Shown piece after piece: positions 1 to 10,478 of a DNA stretch of 64,000 nt. Below the pieces are notes generated by a model that saw nothing but the letters and a program-made list of their open reading frames with translations, had not been told where the DNA came from and searched no databases. Numbering within the stretch: the first letter of the stretch is position 1; the number at the start of each line of letters is the position of its first letter. A program made the translations under genes and the position numbers. Source of the stretch: a bacterium (lineage in GTDB: Bacteria > Electryoneota > JAOADG01); assembly GCA_963681965.1 (NCBI GenBank), contig OY820579.1:1696001-1760000 (forward strand), given 5' to 3'.

Positions 1-4
1 TCAA

Positions 5-1252
5 TTGGTTCAATGGTTTGCCCCGACATTTACACCTGCCGAAACCGAATTGACAATCCGTTTTTTAAGGATTTTAATTCCAAGTATCATCGGTGCATCG
101 CTGTTTCTAGTACTACAAAATGTATATCAGATTCACGATCAGTGGGTGCGTCCCGCGATTGGTCCATTGATTGTCAATATCATCTCAATTTCCGTTATCG
201 CGGGTGGCTATTTGTGGATCGGTTCGGATGTTTTGGCATGGAGTTGGTTATTATCGATGGTCATTCTTCCCATAATCCTGATCTCGGGTCGGGTTGGGCG
301 AGGATATTTGGGAACACACTTCTTCGATCGAAATACTATTTCATTATATCGCGTTTCAACGCCGATTCTAATCGAAGGAGTATTTGTAATGGTGACACAA
401 ATCGTTGTTCGATATCTCGGATCGAGTATGCCGAATGGCGAGCTATCATCGATGGTTTATGCGCAACGAGTCTATGCGATGTCGGCTGAGTTGGTCGTGG
501 CAACCTTTATTCCGGCGCTGTTACCCCGATTAGCAGAGTCATCAGTGCATGCGTCTAGGGAAGAATATTCATTATTGCTCGAACGTGCCTTGTTGGGAAT
601 TACTTTACTTGCAATCGGCGGTGCGGCTATTCTGGCGGGAACTTCACTGTCTTTAGTCGAAGTGATTTTTGAGCATGGTGCATTTACGCCGGTAGATTCG
701 GCACGGGTCGCGAGTTTGCTGTCGATTTTTGCCGGAGCATTATTGGTATATTTGCCCTTGTATCTGGTGTATCGAGCATATTTTGTTGTCAAAAACAGTA
801 TTGTGCCGGCGTTGGGAATGTTCCTTGCGGTTTGTCTATTCGTGTTGATTAGTTTTCTTTTAATCGAACCTATGGGTATACGCGCACTGGCAGTGGCAAC
901 GACAGCTAGCTTAATACTCCAATTCGGATTTTTAGTAGCTGTAGCAAAACGATACGGTGTTTATCTCCCAGGCAAGAAGCTTTATGGATTGCTGCTTCGA
1001 GGTTTGATGGTAGGGATAGTACTTGCGATACTTTTAAATCGAATTGACCTTCTGTTACGATCAATGTGGGAATTTCAGGCAATTTGGTTACGATTAATTA
1101 AACTATTTGGATTGATTTCCTTGGGTATCGGTCTATTTGCCCTGATGTCAAAACTAATTAGATTGCCGGGGTACGACTTATTGATGGAATATGTAAAAGT
1201 GATGTGGCAGAAGATTCGTAAGTTAAATTATACCAACTCAGATCTGAAGTAA
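5..1252 (+). CDS. MurJ/MviN/Wzx-family (MOP) flippase, 5'-truncated by window edge
   Basis: About 12 hydrophobic segments; MurJ-like motifs (YAQRVY...LLPRL, FEHGAFTPVDS). Confidence 0.75.
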   Translation: MVQWFAPTFTPAETELTIRFLRILIPSIIGASLFLVLQNVYQIHDQWVRPAIGPLIVNIISISVIAGGYLWIGSDVLAWSWLLSMVILPIILISGRVGRGYLGTHFFDRNTISLYRVSTPILIEGVFVMVTQIVVRYLGSSMPNGELSSMVYAQRVYAMSAELVVATFIPALLPRLAESSVHASREEYSLLLERALLGITLLAIGGAAILAGTSLSLVEVIFEHGAFTPVDSARVASLLSIFAGALLVYLPLYLVYRAYFVVKNSIVPALGMFLAVCLFVLISFLLIEPMGIRALAVATTASLILQFGFLVAVAKRYGVYLPGKKLYGLLLRGLMVGIVLAILLNRIDLLLRSMWEFQAIWLRLIKLFGLISLGIGLFALMSKLIRLPGYDLLMEYVKVMWQKIRKLNYTNSDLK

Positions 1253-1293
1253 TCGTATTGACTGCATAATTGAATGAAATCGGTTAAAATAGA

Positions 1294-2475
1294 ATGAACA
1301 TTTTTCTTATCGACCAACATCGACAATTTGCACCGACGTTCGCACCGGGATTTTATTCTGCGCTCTCGAAACAAGCTCGCGTGTTGATGGTATTTCAAGA
1401 AAAGTGGTTGAGTCGATCCCCGGAAAACGAACATCCGAAAGAGATTGCACCCAATTTCTGGGTTGTGAATCGGCGGGTGCTTGCACCGTATCGTGGCATC
1501 TTAATGTCGGATCGAGTTGCTCAGCTCGATACTTTTTTACTTGACCAGCAGCTTGCGCGTTATTCACGCGAACTAGGGTGGTCTCCCGATATCGTCGAGT
1601 TTACCAGTCCTCATTTCCGGATGCATCTGAAATGCAAGACCGGTCGAAAAAGAGTTTTCTGGTTGGTCGATCATTATTCGCAGGTCCGGGAACTGGATCC
1701 ATTTAGTGCCGGGTTGACGGTGAATGCCGAACGAATGGCAGCACAACATGCTGACCTGACATTAACCACAGCTACAGAATTGTTGAAGCGCTTTTCTCCG
1801 CTTGCTAAGCAAATTCGGTTCATGCCGAATGCTGCCGACCGGAATCTCTATCAACCACTTTGGATGCGACCGGTTCCGGAACCTGAGCTATTAAATAAAA
1901 TCAAGCGACCCATACTTGGATTTGCAGGCAACATCAATCCGGGTTGCGATTGGAAAATGCTTGGTGTTTTTGCCAAACATTATCCTCAATACTCGATTGC
2001 ATTACTAGGTGCGATGAATGGTCCAGCAGAATTTTATCAGAGTGGAACTTTCGCGGAAACCCTTCGTTTACCGAATGTGCATTACCTCGGACAAGTTCCG
2101 CAGGAAGAGTTGCCGGCTTACGTAGCCCATTTCGATGCGGGTATTCTGTTCGATTCGTTTTCCGACTTTTCCAAGACACGGAATCACAATAAAGTATACC
2201 AGAATTTGTTATCGGGTATTCCGATTACCGGTGCCAATACACAACCAGATTACCAACCCTTTGCCGAGTTGCTATATTTGTTCGACGATCCTCGCGATTG
2301 GCCCAAACAGTGCGAGGCTGCGCTGGCAGCGCGCGACGAAACTCATTCCCGTCGGCGCAGAGCTTACGGTGAAAAGCTCGATTGGGATGCGAATATCAGG
2401 TTCCGGTTGAAAATTTACGAAGCATTGTTGGAAGAGCGGGAAATACCCGTGTTTGAGTTTCCACCGCTGGATTGA
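1294..2475 (+). CDS. GT-B glycosyltransferase (GT4/TuaH-like)
   Basis: Motifs PNAAD, PILGFAG, NVHYLGQVPQEELPAYVAHFDAG, NKVYQNLLSGIP. Confidence 0.8.
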   Translation: MNIFLIDQHRQFAPTFAPGFYSALSKQARVLMVFQEKWLSRSPENEHPKEIAPNFWVVNRRVLAPYRGILMSDRVAQLDTFLLDQQLARYSRELGWSPDIVEFTSPHFRMHLKCKTGRKRVFWLVDHYSQVRELDPFSAGLTVNAERMAAQHADLTLTTATELLKRFSPLAKQIRFMPNAADRNLYQPLWMRPVPEPELLNKIKRPILGFAGNINPGCDWKMLGVFAKHYPQYSIALLGAMNGPAEFYQSGTFAETLRLPNVHYLGQVPQEELPAYVAHFDAGILFDSFSDFSKTRNHNKVYQNLLSGIPITGANTQPDYQPFAELLYLFDDPRDWPKQCEAALAARDETHSRRRRAYGEKLDWDANIRFRLKIYEALLEEREIPVFEFPPLD

Positions 2476-2564
2476 TAGCGTCTCAAAGATCTTTCGACTG
2501 TATATTACCTATATCGTATTGTTATAGCAGATTGTCGATAATTGCCGAATAAGGAGGTTCCATT

Positions 2565-3890
2565 TTGCTTCGATTCCGAGTATTCCTGTTCGCAGTAGTG
2601 CTGATCTCGACCATTCTCTCAGGTTGCGTCAATGAAAAAGACGAAACGGCGGTTTTGGATCAACCGACTACTGTTTCCGGGATAGCAATTGGTGTAAAAG
2701 ATTCGATCTGGAATATCGTCGACAATGCACCCTACACGATCTCGATTCGGGTCGAAGGGGGTGGACGGGTGGATTCGATCTGGGTTGAGATTCAAGCCGA
2801 TTCTTCGTATCGATTTTCGTTAGCGGATGATGGTGGGAACGATACACTTTTCACCGGACACAGTTGGCTATTGAGTAATTCCGGGGATCAAGTACCTCAC
2901 GATGGACTTTGGACTCGCCGACTTCGATCGGGATTTGCTCCGATCGGATCTTATCCCGTTCATTATTTTGCGAAACTCGGTGAAACGATTTGGCAACTGA
3001 CGACTCATTGGCAAGTAGTGAGTAATTTTGCCCCGCAAATTACGAATATTTCGGCACCGGATACGCTATTCAGTGGAACGGAACAATCGTTGCTGGTCAC
3101 AGTGGTCGATCCCGACACTTTGATTCAAACCGGGATCACTTCGATTACTGGTGAATTGTTCAAACATACCCCGACCGATTCCAGTCGTCGCAAGACCTTC
3201 TCATTCGAACCACTTGGCGGTAATCAACAATGGCGATTCACATTACGCGACACTTTTGCGTTGAATTTGCATTCGGATTGGTATAAAATCACGGCGACTG
3301 CAACGGATTTGTTTGGTGCGATCGGTAAAGGGTCGGATACGATCTGGATCGAGAACAAACCGCCTCACATTGATACGATGGGTTTAACGGCAATTGCCTA
3401 TGGTCCGGGTCTCACTCAACGCAATGCGGTACGAGGGTTGACTGCGGTATTGTGGGATTCGTTGGGTCGCGACGACGTCGATTCGGTATTGATTACTTTC
3501 CGGGTGTTCATTGACGATCCGCAATCGGCGCGGGATGTAATTAGTATGCGATTCGATTTATCGCGCACGATGCGGGGCGATACGGTGATTTATTCCCGCT
3601 TTGGAACGCGAAAGAATCCTGTAACCGGCGACAGTATCGACGGTGTCTGGTATGGTCAGATGCCGTCGTTGAATGCAACGAATCGTCCTGGTGGTCCTGG
3701 CTACCGACGACCTCCATTCGACACTTATTTCGCAGTATTCACAGCGATGGATGGCGGGGGAAATGTTAGTGAAATCGATACTTTGACATTTAATATCGTT
3801 CCGGATACGCTAGCACCGGCATTTTATAAACGACAGTCGACAACACCTAATTTTCATCAGTCGCAGTCCAACTTAATCCGAGGTAACTAA
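2565..3890 (+). CDS. Lipoprotein with choice-of-anchor-X-like motif and probable Ig-like beta domains
   Basis: AAGGAGG SD before TTG; lipobox LSGC; motif LADDG...GDQVPHDGLWT. Confidence 0.65.
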   Translation: MLRFRVFLFAVVLISTILSGCVNEKDETAVLDQPTTVSGIAIGVKDSIWNIVDNAPYTISIRVEGGGRVDSIWVEIQADSSYRFSLADDGGNDTLFTGHSWLLSNSGDQVPHDGLWTRRLRSGFAPIGSYPVHYFAKLGETIWQLTTHWQVVSNFAPQITNISAPDTLFSGTEQSLLVTVVDPDTLIQTGITSITGELFKHTPTDSSRRKTFSFEPLGGNQQWRFTLRDTFALNLHSDWYKITATATDLFGAIGKGSDTIWIENKPPHIDTMGLTAIAYGPGLTQRNAVRGLTAVLWDSLGRDDVDSVLITFRVFIDDPQSARDVISMRFDLSRTMRGDTVIYSRFGTRKNPVTGDSIDGVWYGQMPSLNATNRPGGPGYRRPPFDTYFAVFTAMDGGGNVSEIDTLTFNIVPDTLAPAFYKRQSTTPNFHQSQSNLIRGN

Positions 3891-3893
3891 GCC

Positions 3894-5387
3894 ATGCACA
3901 GGAACTGCTTACTGGTTTTCATTGTATTGATGTTGTGTCTGGCAGCAATCGCCTACGCGATGACACCTACCAGTTATCGGATACACGACGATAAAAATTT
4001 CGGTCGAGTTTCTTCGGCAGCTCCAGCATCAGATGGAAAACTGCTCTCGAATTCAGTAATCGATCAACGATTCGATGCTTCTCGCAACGCTTTCTGGTTG
4101 GCAACTGGAAACGGCATCAATTATTGGCACATTACCTCAGCCGATAGTTCCATGCAATCTTTTGTTTCGGGTGTTGCAATCGGTAATGGCGGTGTCAGTG
4201 CAATCGTTCCGACGACCCGTTCAGTATGGGCTGCCACTGCCTTCGATACTACGATAAAGGGTGAAGTTTTTCCCGCAGGTGGCGGAATAGGGTATACGAC
4301 GAACGATGGGATAACTTGGACCTGGATGCATCAACCAGTCGATCGACGCGACGAAACCCGGTACAAACCGACTTCAACTGTCGTTTACAATATCGCCTAT
4401 GATCTCGCAGTGACCGATAGTGCGGTGTGGGCTGCCTGTTTTGGCGGTGGTCTGCGAAAATTCCGATTTAGCGATTCGACATGGAGTGTGGTTGCTCCCG
4501 ATACGAACGAATTCTCCTCCGGCGATTATTTGAATCATCGTGTATTTTCGGTTTTGGCGATCAACGATTCAGTGATTTGGTGCGGAACGGCGGGTGGTAT
4601 CAATTTATCACAGGATGGCGGAAACAGTTGGGAGAATTTTCATTTCATTCCAAACAATGTTCAAACGCTTCAAGGCAATTTTGTTGTGGCACTTCATCGC
4701 CAAGTAACTCGAACTGGGCGAGAAATCATCTGGGCATCGACTTGGAAAGCGGAAGATCCCAGCGAAGAGTATGGTTTGTGTTGGTCCGATAATTTGGGTG
4801 CCTCTTGGAATCGAACTCTTGAAGGAGTGAAGATTCACAACATTACTTCGGTCGATAGCGTGGTATATGCCGTCGGTCCCGATGGTTTGTTCAAATCGAA
4901 TGACTATGGCGAGACTTGGGGCAATTTTCCCAACATGATCGATTGGCGCGGAAACGAACGATTCGGCGAAACAGAATTGTATTCGGTGGCGATCGGCAAT
5001 CATCGATTATCGGTCGGTGGTCCCGATGGTTGGGCGACGAGTAACGACTTAGGTGGTAGCTGGTCAATCGGTCGATCTTTTGTGTCGACTACCGAAGCCG
5101 AACAACCATCGATCTATGCCTATCCCAATCCATTCAGTCCACAACGCTTCGGACTTGTGCGATTTCAGTACAATCTTGCGAACTCCGGCAACGTGACGCT
5201 TACGCTATTCAATTATGCGATGGAAAAAGCGGGCACGATCATTAAAAATGCCAGCCGACCGGCAGGTGACAATACTGAATTGTGGAATGGTCGCTTCGGT
5301 AGTTCTACTCTGGCAAATGGTGTGTATTTCTACCGACTGGAAAAGCCGGGTGGCGAGTTCTGGGGAAAAATTATCATTCTCGATTAA
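3894..5387 (+). CDS. Secreted BNR/Asp-box beta-propeller protein with C-terminal T9SS/FlgD-Ig-like sorting domain
   Basis: Signal peptide; Asp-boxes TNDGITW, SQDGGNSW, SDNLGASW, SNDYGETW, SNDLGGSW; CTD YAYPNPF...LANGVYFYRL...KIIILD. Confidence 0.8.
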   Translation: MHRNCLLVFIVLMLCLAAIAYAMTPTSYRIHDDKNFGRVSSAAPASDGKLLSNSVIDQRFDASRNAFWLATGNGINYWHITSADSSMQSFVSGVAIGNGGVSAIVPTTRSVWAATAFDTTIKGEVFPAGGGIGYTTNDGITWTWMHQPVDRRDETRYKPTSTVVYNIAYDLAVTDSAVWAACFGGGLRKFRFSDSTWSVVAPDTNEFSSGDYLNHRVFSVLAINDSVIWCGTAGGINLSQDGGNSWENFHFIPNNVQTLQGNFVVALHRQVTRTGREIIWASTWKAEDPSEEYGLCWSDNLGASWNRTLEGVKIHNITSVDSVVYAVGPDGLFKSNDYGETWGNFPNMIDWRGNERFGETELYSVAIGNHRLSVGGPDGWATSNDLGGSWSIGRSFVSTTEAEQPSIYAYPNPFSPQRFGLVRFQYNLANSGNVTLTLFNYAMEKAGTIIKNASRPAGDNTELWNGRFGSSTLANGVYFYRLEKPGGEFWGKIIILD

Positions 5388-5455
5388 TCGAATCGAATTG
5401 CCACATTATTAACCAATGGATCTAGTGAATAGCACAATCGGTACGATGAGGAAAC

Positions 5456-6400
5456 ATGCATAAAATACTATTCATTCTGCTACTACTAGCGATCACGCTT
5501 TCGTGTGCTGCTCAAGACAACGCGGGAATGATGGCTGGTAGTTTTGAACGGATTGGCGTATCGGCACGTACGCGAGCCATGGGAAATGCCGGAACGGCAA
5601 TTGCCGAAGGGTATAGCACTGCTTACGACAATCCCGCATTTCTTCCGGTTCTTCCGAAAAAATCTGCCGGTGTGACGATGAATCGGTTGGCGCTCGACCG
5701 CAAATTTACTCATCTTGGTTTCGTGTCGCCGTTAAAAGGCGGTGCCGGAGTATCGCTCTGGTGGATCAATGCCGGTGTCGAGAACATCGATAGTCGCGAT
5801 CAGGATGGCAATAAACTCGATCAACTAAGCTATTACGACAATGCTTTTGCATTGGGGTTTGCAATCTCACCTGTACCGGAAAAAGTATCGATCGGTTTAA
5901 ATTTCAAAGTGTTCTATGGTCTTTTTCCACGGATTAAAGACGACGGCAAAGCGATCAAAGGGAATGGTTTGGGTTTCGATGTCGGTACTCGCATTGCCCT
6001 CCCATATCACCTAACTGCAGGAGTTGTACTCCACGATCTAGGTGGTAAGTATACCTGGAATAGCGATGGCTACTGGAGTCAAGGATCAACAAAGATCGAC
6101 AAATTTCCAGTCCAGACACGTCTCGGTATGGCTTATAACAATAATGGAATCACTGGAACGGTCGATGGTGAATTGACGACTGGTCAACAAAAGCTCCGCG
6201 TAGGCGCTGAATACCGGTATCGGGAAGATGAACCGATCGGTGGTGCGCTTCGGGCGGGGATGGATGGAGCATCACCAAGTTTCGGATTCGGAGTGCACTG
6301 GTTGCTGGGTAAGCTTCCGACCAATTTAGATTATGCTTATGTCCTCGATGCCATTGCTCCGACCGATACGCAAGTGTTGACTTGGTCGGTAAGTTTCTAA
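5456..6400 (+). CDS. PorV/UPF0164-family outer-membrane beta-barrel
   Basis: Signal peptide; N-terminal GVSARTRAMGNA...YDNPA motif of the PorV/FadL clan; C-terminal Phe. Confidence 0.75.
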   Translation: MHKILFILLLLAITLSCAAQDNAGMMAGSFERIGVSARTRAMGNAGTAIAEGYSTAYDNPAFLPVLPKKSAGVTMNRLALDRKFTHLGFVSPLKGGAGVSLWWINAGVENIDSRDQDGNKLDQLSYYDNAFALGFAISPVPEKVSIGLNFKVFYGLFPRIKDDGKAIKGNGLGFDVGTRIALPYHLTAGVVLHDLGGKYTWNSDGYWSQGSTKIDKFPVQTRLGMAYNNNGITGTVDGELTTGQQKLRVGAEYRYREDEPIGGALRAGMDGASPSFGFGVHWLLGKLPTNLDYAYVLDAIAPTDTQVLTWSVSF

Positions 6401-6426
6401 TCCAAGATTGATCTTGAGTTGGGGTG

Positions 6427-6459
6427 AATTGCGTAGAAGAAAAATTCTACGCAATTTTT
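6427..6459 (+). terminator. Intrinsic terminator
   Basis: aattgcgtagaa/ttctacgcaatt stem followed by T run. Confidence 0.7.
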
Positions 6460-6547
6460 CATTCGAGTCCGACGGTGTCAAATCTTCATCCAATCTCGTA
6501 TTGTTTAGTAGTATTCATTTTCGAGGTAAAGGTAATCAAATCGATAC

Positions 6548-8386
6548 ATGAGTAAATTTCTCGACACGATTGATCAACGAGTAATTGTCGCCGATGGTGC
6601 GATGGGCACACAACTATATGCCCAAGGGATTCCCTTTCATCGCTGCTACGATAGCCTCAATTTAACCGATCCGGTTCGGATCGAACGCATCCACCGTAGC
6701 TACATCGCAGCCGGAGCTGAGCTGATCGAGACTAACACTTTTGGGGCGAATCGTGTACGACTGAGTGCATTTGGATTAAGTGATCGAGTTGTCGATATCA
6801 ATCGTCGTGGTGCCGAGATCGCACGCTGGGTTGCTGGTAACGATCGCTTTATCGCGGGATCGATTTCTTCGCTAGGAAAACCGTTGGCTCCCATCGGTAA
6901 AATTTCTCATGAAACCGCTCGCGATGTTTTTCGGGAACAAGCGACGGCATTGATCGAGGGCGGCGTCGATGTATTATTGCTGGAAACCTTCACTTCGCTC
7001 TCCGAAGCGTTGGTTGCGCTACAGGGTGTAAAGCCGGTTGCAGTAGAACATGATATTCCCGTCTGGTTACAAATCACCTTTACCGAAGAGGGAAAAACAT
7101 TAGTTGGCGACAAACCGGAGGAGGTCGCGAGGAAATTGCGCGATGCCGGTGCCGATGGTATTGGATCGAATTGTTCGATGGGTCCGCAAGTACTATTCGA
7201 AGTAATGGAACGGATGACCCGGGTAGACGGAATCCGCTTTTCCTGTCAACCGAATGCTGGTTTGCCGCAAGTGATCGAAGGGCGGTATGTCTATCTTGCC
7301 AGTCCAAGTTACTTTGCCGAATACGCGGAACGATTCCGGTCGCTCGGAATTTCATTGATTGGCGGATGTTGCGGTACTACACCGGAACATATCAAAGCAA
7401 TTAGCGAAATGGTTGGTGGAAAGTCGATCGATCATTCGACCACGCGCGAGATTTTTACCATTACTTCGATCGATAGCGAACCGGAAAAAAAAACGGAAGA
7501 ATTGATTGAACCGGAACGATTTATCGATCGATTAATCGGAGACGAGTATTATATCTCGGTGGAAATCGATCCGCCTCGTGGTGTAAATAGCGAGAAGCTG
7601 GTTCAGGGGGCAAAACTCTGCAAAGCTGGTGGTATTCATTGTGTGAATGTCGCCGACAGCCCCTTGGCACGTGCCCGGATGTCGCCATTAGCATTATCGC
7701 ATATCATTCGCGATGCGGTCGGTATTGAAATTATTCTGCACATGAGTTGTCGCGACCGGAATGTTCTGGCAACCCAAGCCGAATTGATGGGTGCTCACGC
7801 GCTGCAGATCAGGAATATTTTGGCAGTAACCGGAGATCCACCGATTTTGGGCGACTATCCCGATGCGAAAGGAGTGTTCGAACTAGATAGCGTCAGCTTA
7901 ACAAGATTGATCGGGACACTCAATCAGGGGATGGATCTTTCCGGTCGGAAATTGGATTCGCCATGCTATTTTTCAATCGGTGTCGCACTTAACCCAACAG
8001 CCGAAAAGATGGAAGCCGAGTTGGAAAAATATGCCCGCAAAATCGAAGCTGGTGCGATGTTTGCCATGACACAACCGCTATTCGACCCGGATATTTTAGC
8101 AACCTTTTTAGCTAAATGGAATGGACCGAAGCTCCCGGTGATGGTGGGTGTGCTACCGTTACGGAATACGAAACATGCCGAGTATATCCATAATGAAGTT
8201 CCGGGTATGACAGTTCCGGAATCGGTTCGAAAGCGGATGTATGCGGCTGGGGAGGATGGACCGAAAGAAGGTGTTAAGATTGCACAAGAGTTTCTTAAGG
8301 AAGCCAAACAGATGAGTGCAGGATTATATTTAATGCCTCCATTCAATAAATTCGAAATGGCAGTTGAAATTGTTCAAGTACTGTAG
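6548..8386 (+). CDS. yitJ: Bifunctional homocysteine S-methyltransferase / methylenetetrahydrofolate reductase
   Basis: DGAMGT, ETNTFGAN and GGCCGTTPEHI (HMT domain); VEIDPP, CRDRN and MTQPLFD (MTHFR domain). Confidence 0.9.
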   Translation: MSKFLDTIDQRVIVADGAMGTQLYAQGIPFHRCYDSLNLTDPVRIERIHRSYIAAGAELIETNTFGANRVRLSAFGLSDRVVDINRRGAEIARWVAGNDRFIAGSISSLGKPLAPIGKISHETARDVFREQATALIEGGVDVLLLETFTSLSEALVALQGVKPVAVEHDIPVWLQITFTEEGKTLVGDKPEEVARKLRDAGADGIGSNCSMGPQVLFEVMERMTRVDGIRFSCQPNAGLPQVIEGRYVYLASPSYFAEYAERFRSLGISLIGGCCGTTPEHIKAISEMVGGKSIDHSTTREIFTITSIDSEPEKKTEELIEPERFIDRLIGDEYYISVEIDPPRGVNSEKLVQGAKLCKAGGIHCVNVADSPLARARMSPLALSHIIRDAVGIEIILHMSCRDRNVLATQAELMGAHALQIRNILAVTGDPPILGDYPDAKGVFELDSVSLTRLIGTLNQGMDLSGRKLDSPCYFSIGVALNPTAEKMEAELEKYARKIEAGAMFAMTQPLFDPDILATFLAKWNGPKLPVMVGVLPLRNTKHAEYIHNEVPGMTVPESVRKRMYAAGEDGPKEGVKIAQEFLKEAKQMSAGLYLMPPFNKFEMAVEIVQVL

Positions 8387-8407
8387 AATTCAATAAATAT
8401 AGTATTG

Positions 8408-8436
8408 ATAACCGCTGTAGTCGCGGTTATTTTTTT
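8408..8436 (+). terminator. Intrinsic terminator
   Basis: ataaccgc/gcggttat stem followed by T6. Confidence 0.75.
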
Positions 8437-8659
8437 AGAAGTTATCGTCAATCATACAAGAGAAAGGCGAAACTGTTAATATACGTGCGGTATACCTATC
8501 TTTCGAAAATTTCTTGGTTATTATTGCCCTTATGCATTGCCCTCATTACTTTGCAATTCCGATCAGATGTAACTTCGATTTTTTTTCCGATTCTTTCCAC
8601 GCATTTTCTGAATAAATAGTACTAAGATGCAAAGTCCTGTTTTTTAAAAGGGGATAAAC

Positions 8660-9262
8660 ATGTACTTGAAAATTGGATCAACGATTCTGTTTGTGTTTTT
8701 GTTATTTACTTTCGCTTTTGGGGCAAATTTGGAAAAAGGGTCATCGATTATTGGGGGTACAGCCTCGTATTTTTCGCGAAAATATTCCGATAGTCCGACT
8801 TCAGTAGGGTTTCAATTAACTCCCAGTTATACTTATGCATTTAATCCCAATTTTGGGTTAGGTATTAAAGGGAATTATTCGAGCACAAAGTATTTAGATG
8901 TAACTTTTAAGTCGGTTAGTGTCGCACCAACTGTTACCTGTTTTATCAACGTCGAAAATCAAAACGTTATTCCCTATACTAGCATCGGAGTGTATTTGCT
9001 ATCAAAAAGCGATGGTGGTAATTCTACGGTGAAAGAGACCTGTCAAATTCCCGAGTTATCATTGGGAATCTTATGCAAAGTATCCAGTGGACTGGCGATC
9101 GATATCAGGGCAGTGTACTACGAATCGGAAACGACCTCCGAAAGTAATTCTTATGACTATTATGGGAGCAGTTACTCCGATCAAACCAGTTACAAGCAGA
9201 AGGTTTTCAAAGTCGAATTCGGGCTAATGGGAATTCTAACGCCCAATACTTCGAGTCAATAG
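8660..9262 (+). CDS. Small outer-membrane beta-barrel protein (OmpA/OMP_b-brl-like)
   Basis: Signal peptide; alternating beta strands; LEKGSSIIGG start and VIPYTSIG motif. Confidence 0.65.
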   Translation: MYLKIGSTILFVFLLFTFAFGANLEKGSSIIGGTASYFSRKYSDSPTSVGFQLTPSYTYAFNPNFGLGIKGNYSSTKYLDVTFKSVSVAPTVTCFINVENQNVIPYTSIGVYLLSKSDGGNSTVKETCQIPELSLGILCKVSSGLAIDIRAVYYESETTSESNSYDYYGSSYSDQTSYKQKVFKVEFGLMGILTPNTSSQ

Positions 9263-9285
9263 TGTCCACAAAACAAATGAGTAAG

Positions 9286-9318
9286 AAAAAACGGGCTTCC
9301 CGAAGGAAGCCCGTTTTT
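9286..9318. terminator. Bidirectional intrinsic terminator
   Basis: A6-cgggcttcc-cgaa-ggaagcccg-T5 between convergent genes. Confidence 0.85.
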
Positions 9319-9344
9319 CGTACAAAAGATGTAATTAAGAATAA

Positions 9345-10478
9345 TTACTTCGTCGGCATATAGCGTAGCGATGCCATCGTCGACCAACCGGTGGAAGATG
9401 CACCAGTTAGGAAATAGGGACCACGATTGATGACGCCCGGATCGACATTCAGATCCAGCATGAAATCACCCTTGCGCATTCCCGCGCCGAGGTACAACGA
9501 AGTCGTGGAAGATCCCCACTCTTTGTTGTTGTCTTCGGAATAGGTTTCCCAATTTCGAACTGCACCAATACGCGCCGTCAACCAATTGGTAACTGGGGTC
9601 TCGAAACCAAACGAATAATAAGGAAGAGTGTTTTCGCTGATTTTCGTCGTTGTGGATGGACCACCAGTCGGTTCAACTTTATTCTCGGTGCTTGACGTTT
9701 GGATACCAAAGTCGGCAACAAAAAGTGTGCTTTCGGTAATCCAAGTATTGAAACCAGCGCCAAGTGCAATCGACGTAGTCTTATCCGAGGCTTTGCCAAC
9801 ACCTGTTTGGTCGACACCCTGATTTTCGGAAGAGAACATGAAATAGGGGATCACATAGGAGTGATCTTCTACCTGCCACCAATAGCGGGCATTCAAATCC
9901 ATTAAGAAACCGCCATTGGGTTTGGAAGCATCGTCACCGGCAGCGTCTTTATCGGTAAAGCTGTGAGTGCGAATATTTAAACCGACATCGAGTTTCTCGA
10001 TGAATGTCGCACCAAAACCGACACCCATATAAGTCTGCGAACGTTCGGTTTTATCGCCTGCAACTTTCGATTTCCAGCTATTTTGGTAAATATTCAGGTT
10101 CATACCGAACGGGATATCGCCAAGTTTGCGACCATAGTACAGATTTAACTTCGGTGCGGTATTGACATCGGTTGCACCGTTTTCTTTCACTTGGGGTCCG
10201 TACATTCCACCTTCCGGAATGCCTTCAGTGGTTAGATACATAGCGTACACGGCATCACGAACTTTATAGTGACCACCGATTGAATATAGATTTGCTCCAT
10301 CGATTTCCATCGAAGCAAAAATTGGGTAGTTATTGATCGCTTGGGGATAAAGCTCGATATTAGCCTTGTCCTTGACGATGTGGTTCACTTCACCTAATGT
10401 GAGCACGCGAACGCGAGTCGCGCTAGCTACACTGACAAGCAGAACGATTAAAGCTAAACTTAATAGCTTACGGTTCAT
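9345..10478 (-). CDS. Outer-membrane beta-barrel protein, function unknown
   Basis: Signal peptide (VASA); amphipathic beta strands rich in G/Y/F; GGAGA SD. Confidence 0.65.
   Translation of the reverse strand: MNRKLLSLALIVLLVSVASATRVRVLTLGEVNHIVKDKANIELYPQAINNYPIFASMEIDGANLYSIGGHYKVRDAVYAMYLTTEGIPEGGMYGPQVKENGATDVNTAPKLNLYYGRKLGDIPFGMNLNIYQNSWKSKVAGDKTERSQTYMGVGFGATFIEKLDVGLNIRTHSFTDKDAAGDDASKPNGGFLMDLNARYWWQVEDHSYVIPYFMFSSENQGVDQTGVGKASDKTTSIALGAGFNTWITESTLFVADFGIQTSSTENKVEPTGGPSTTTKISENTLPYYSFGFETPVTNWLTARIGAVRNWETYSEDNNKEWGSSTTSLYLGAGMRKGDFMLDLNVDPGVINRGPYFLTGASSTGWSTMASLRYMPTK

Noticed and set aside
6401-6547. SAM-I riboswitch upstream of yitJ
   Set aside because: Only a terminator and AT-rich sequence; no S-box consensus
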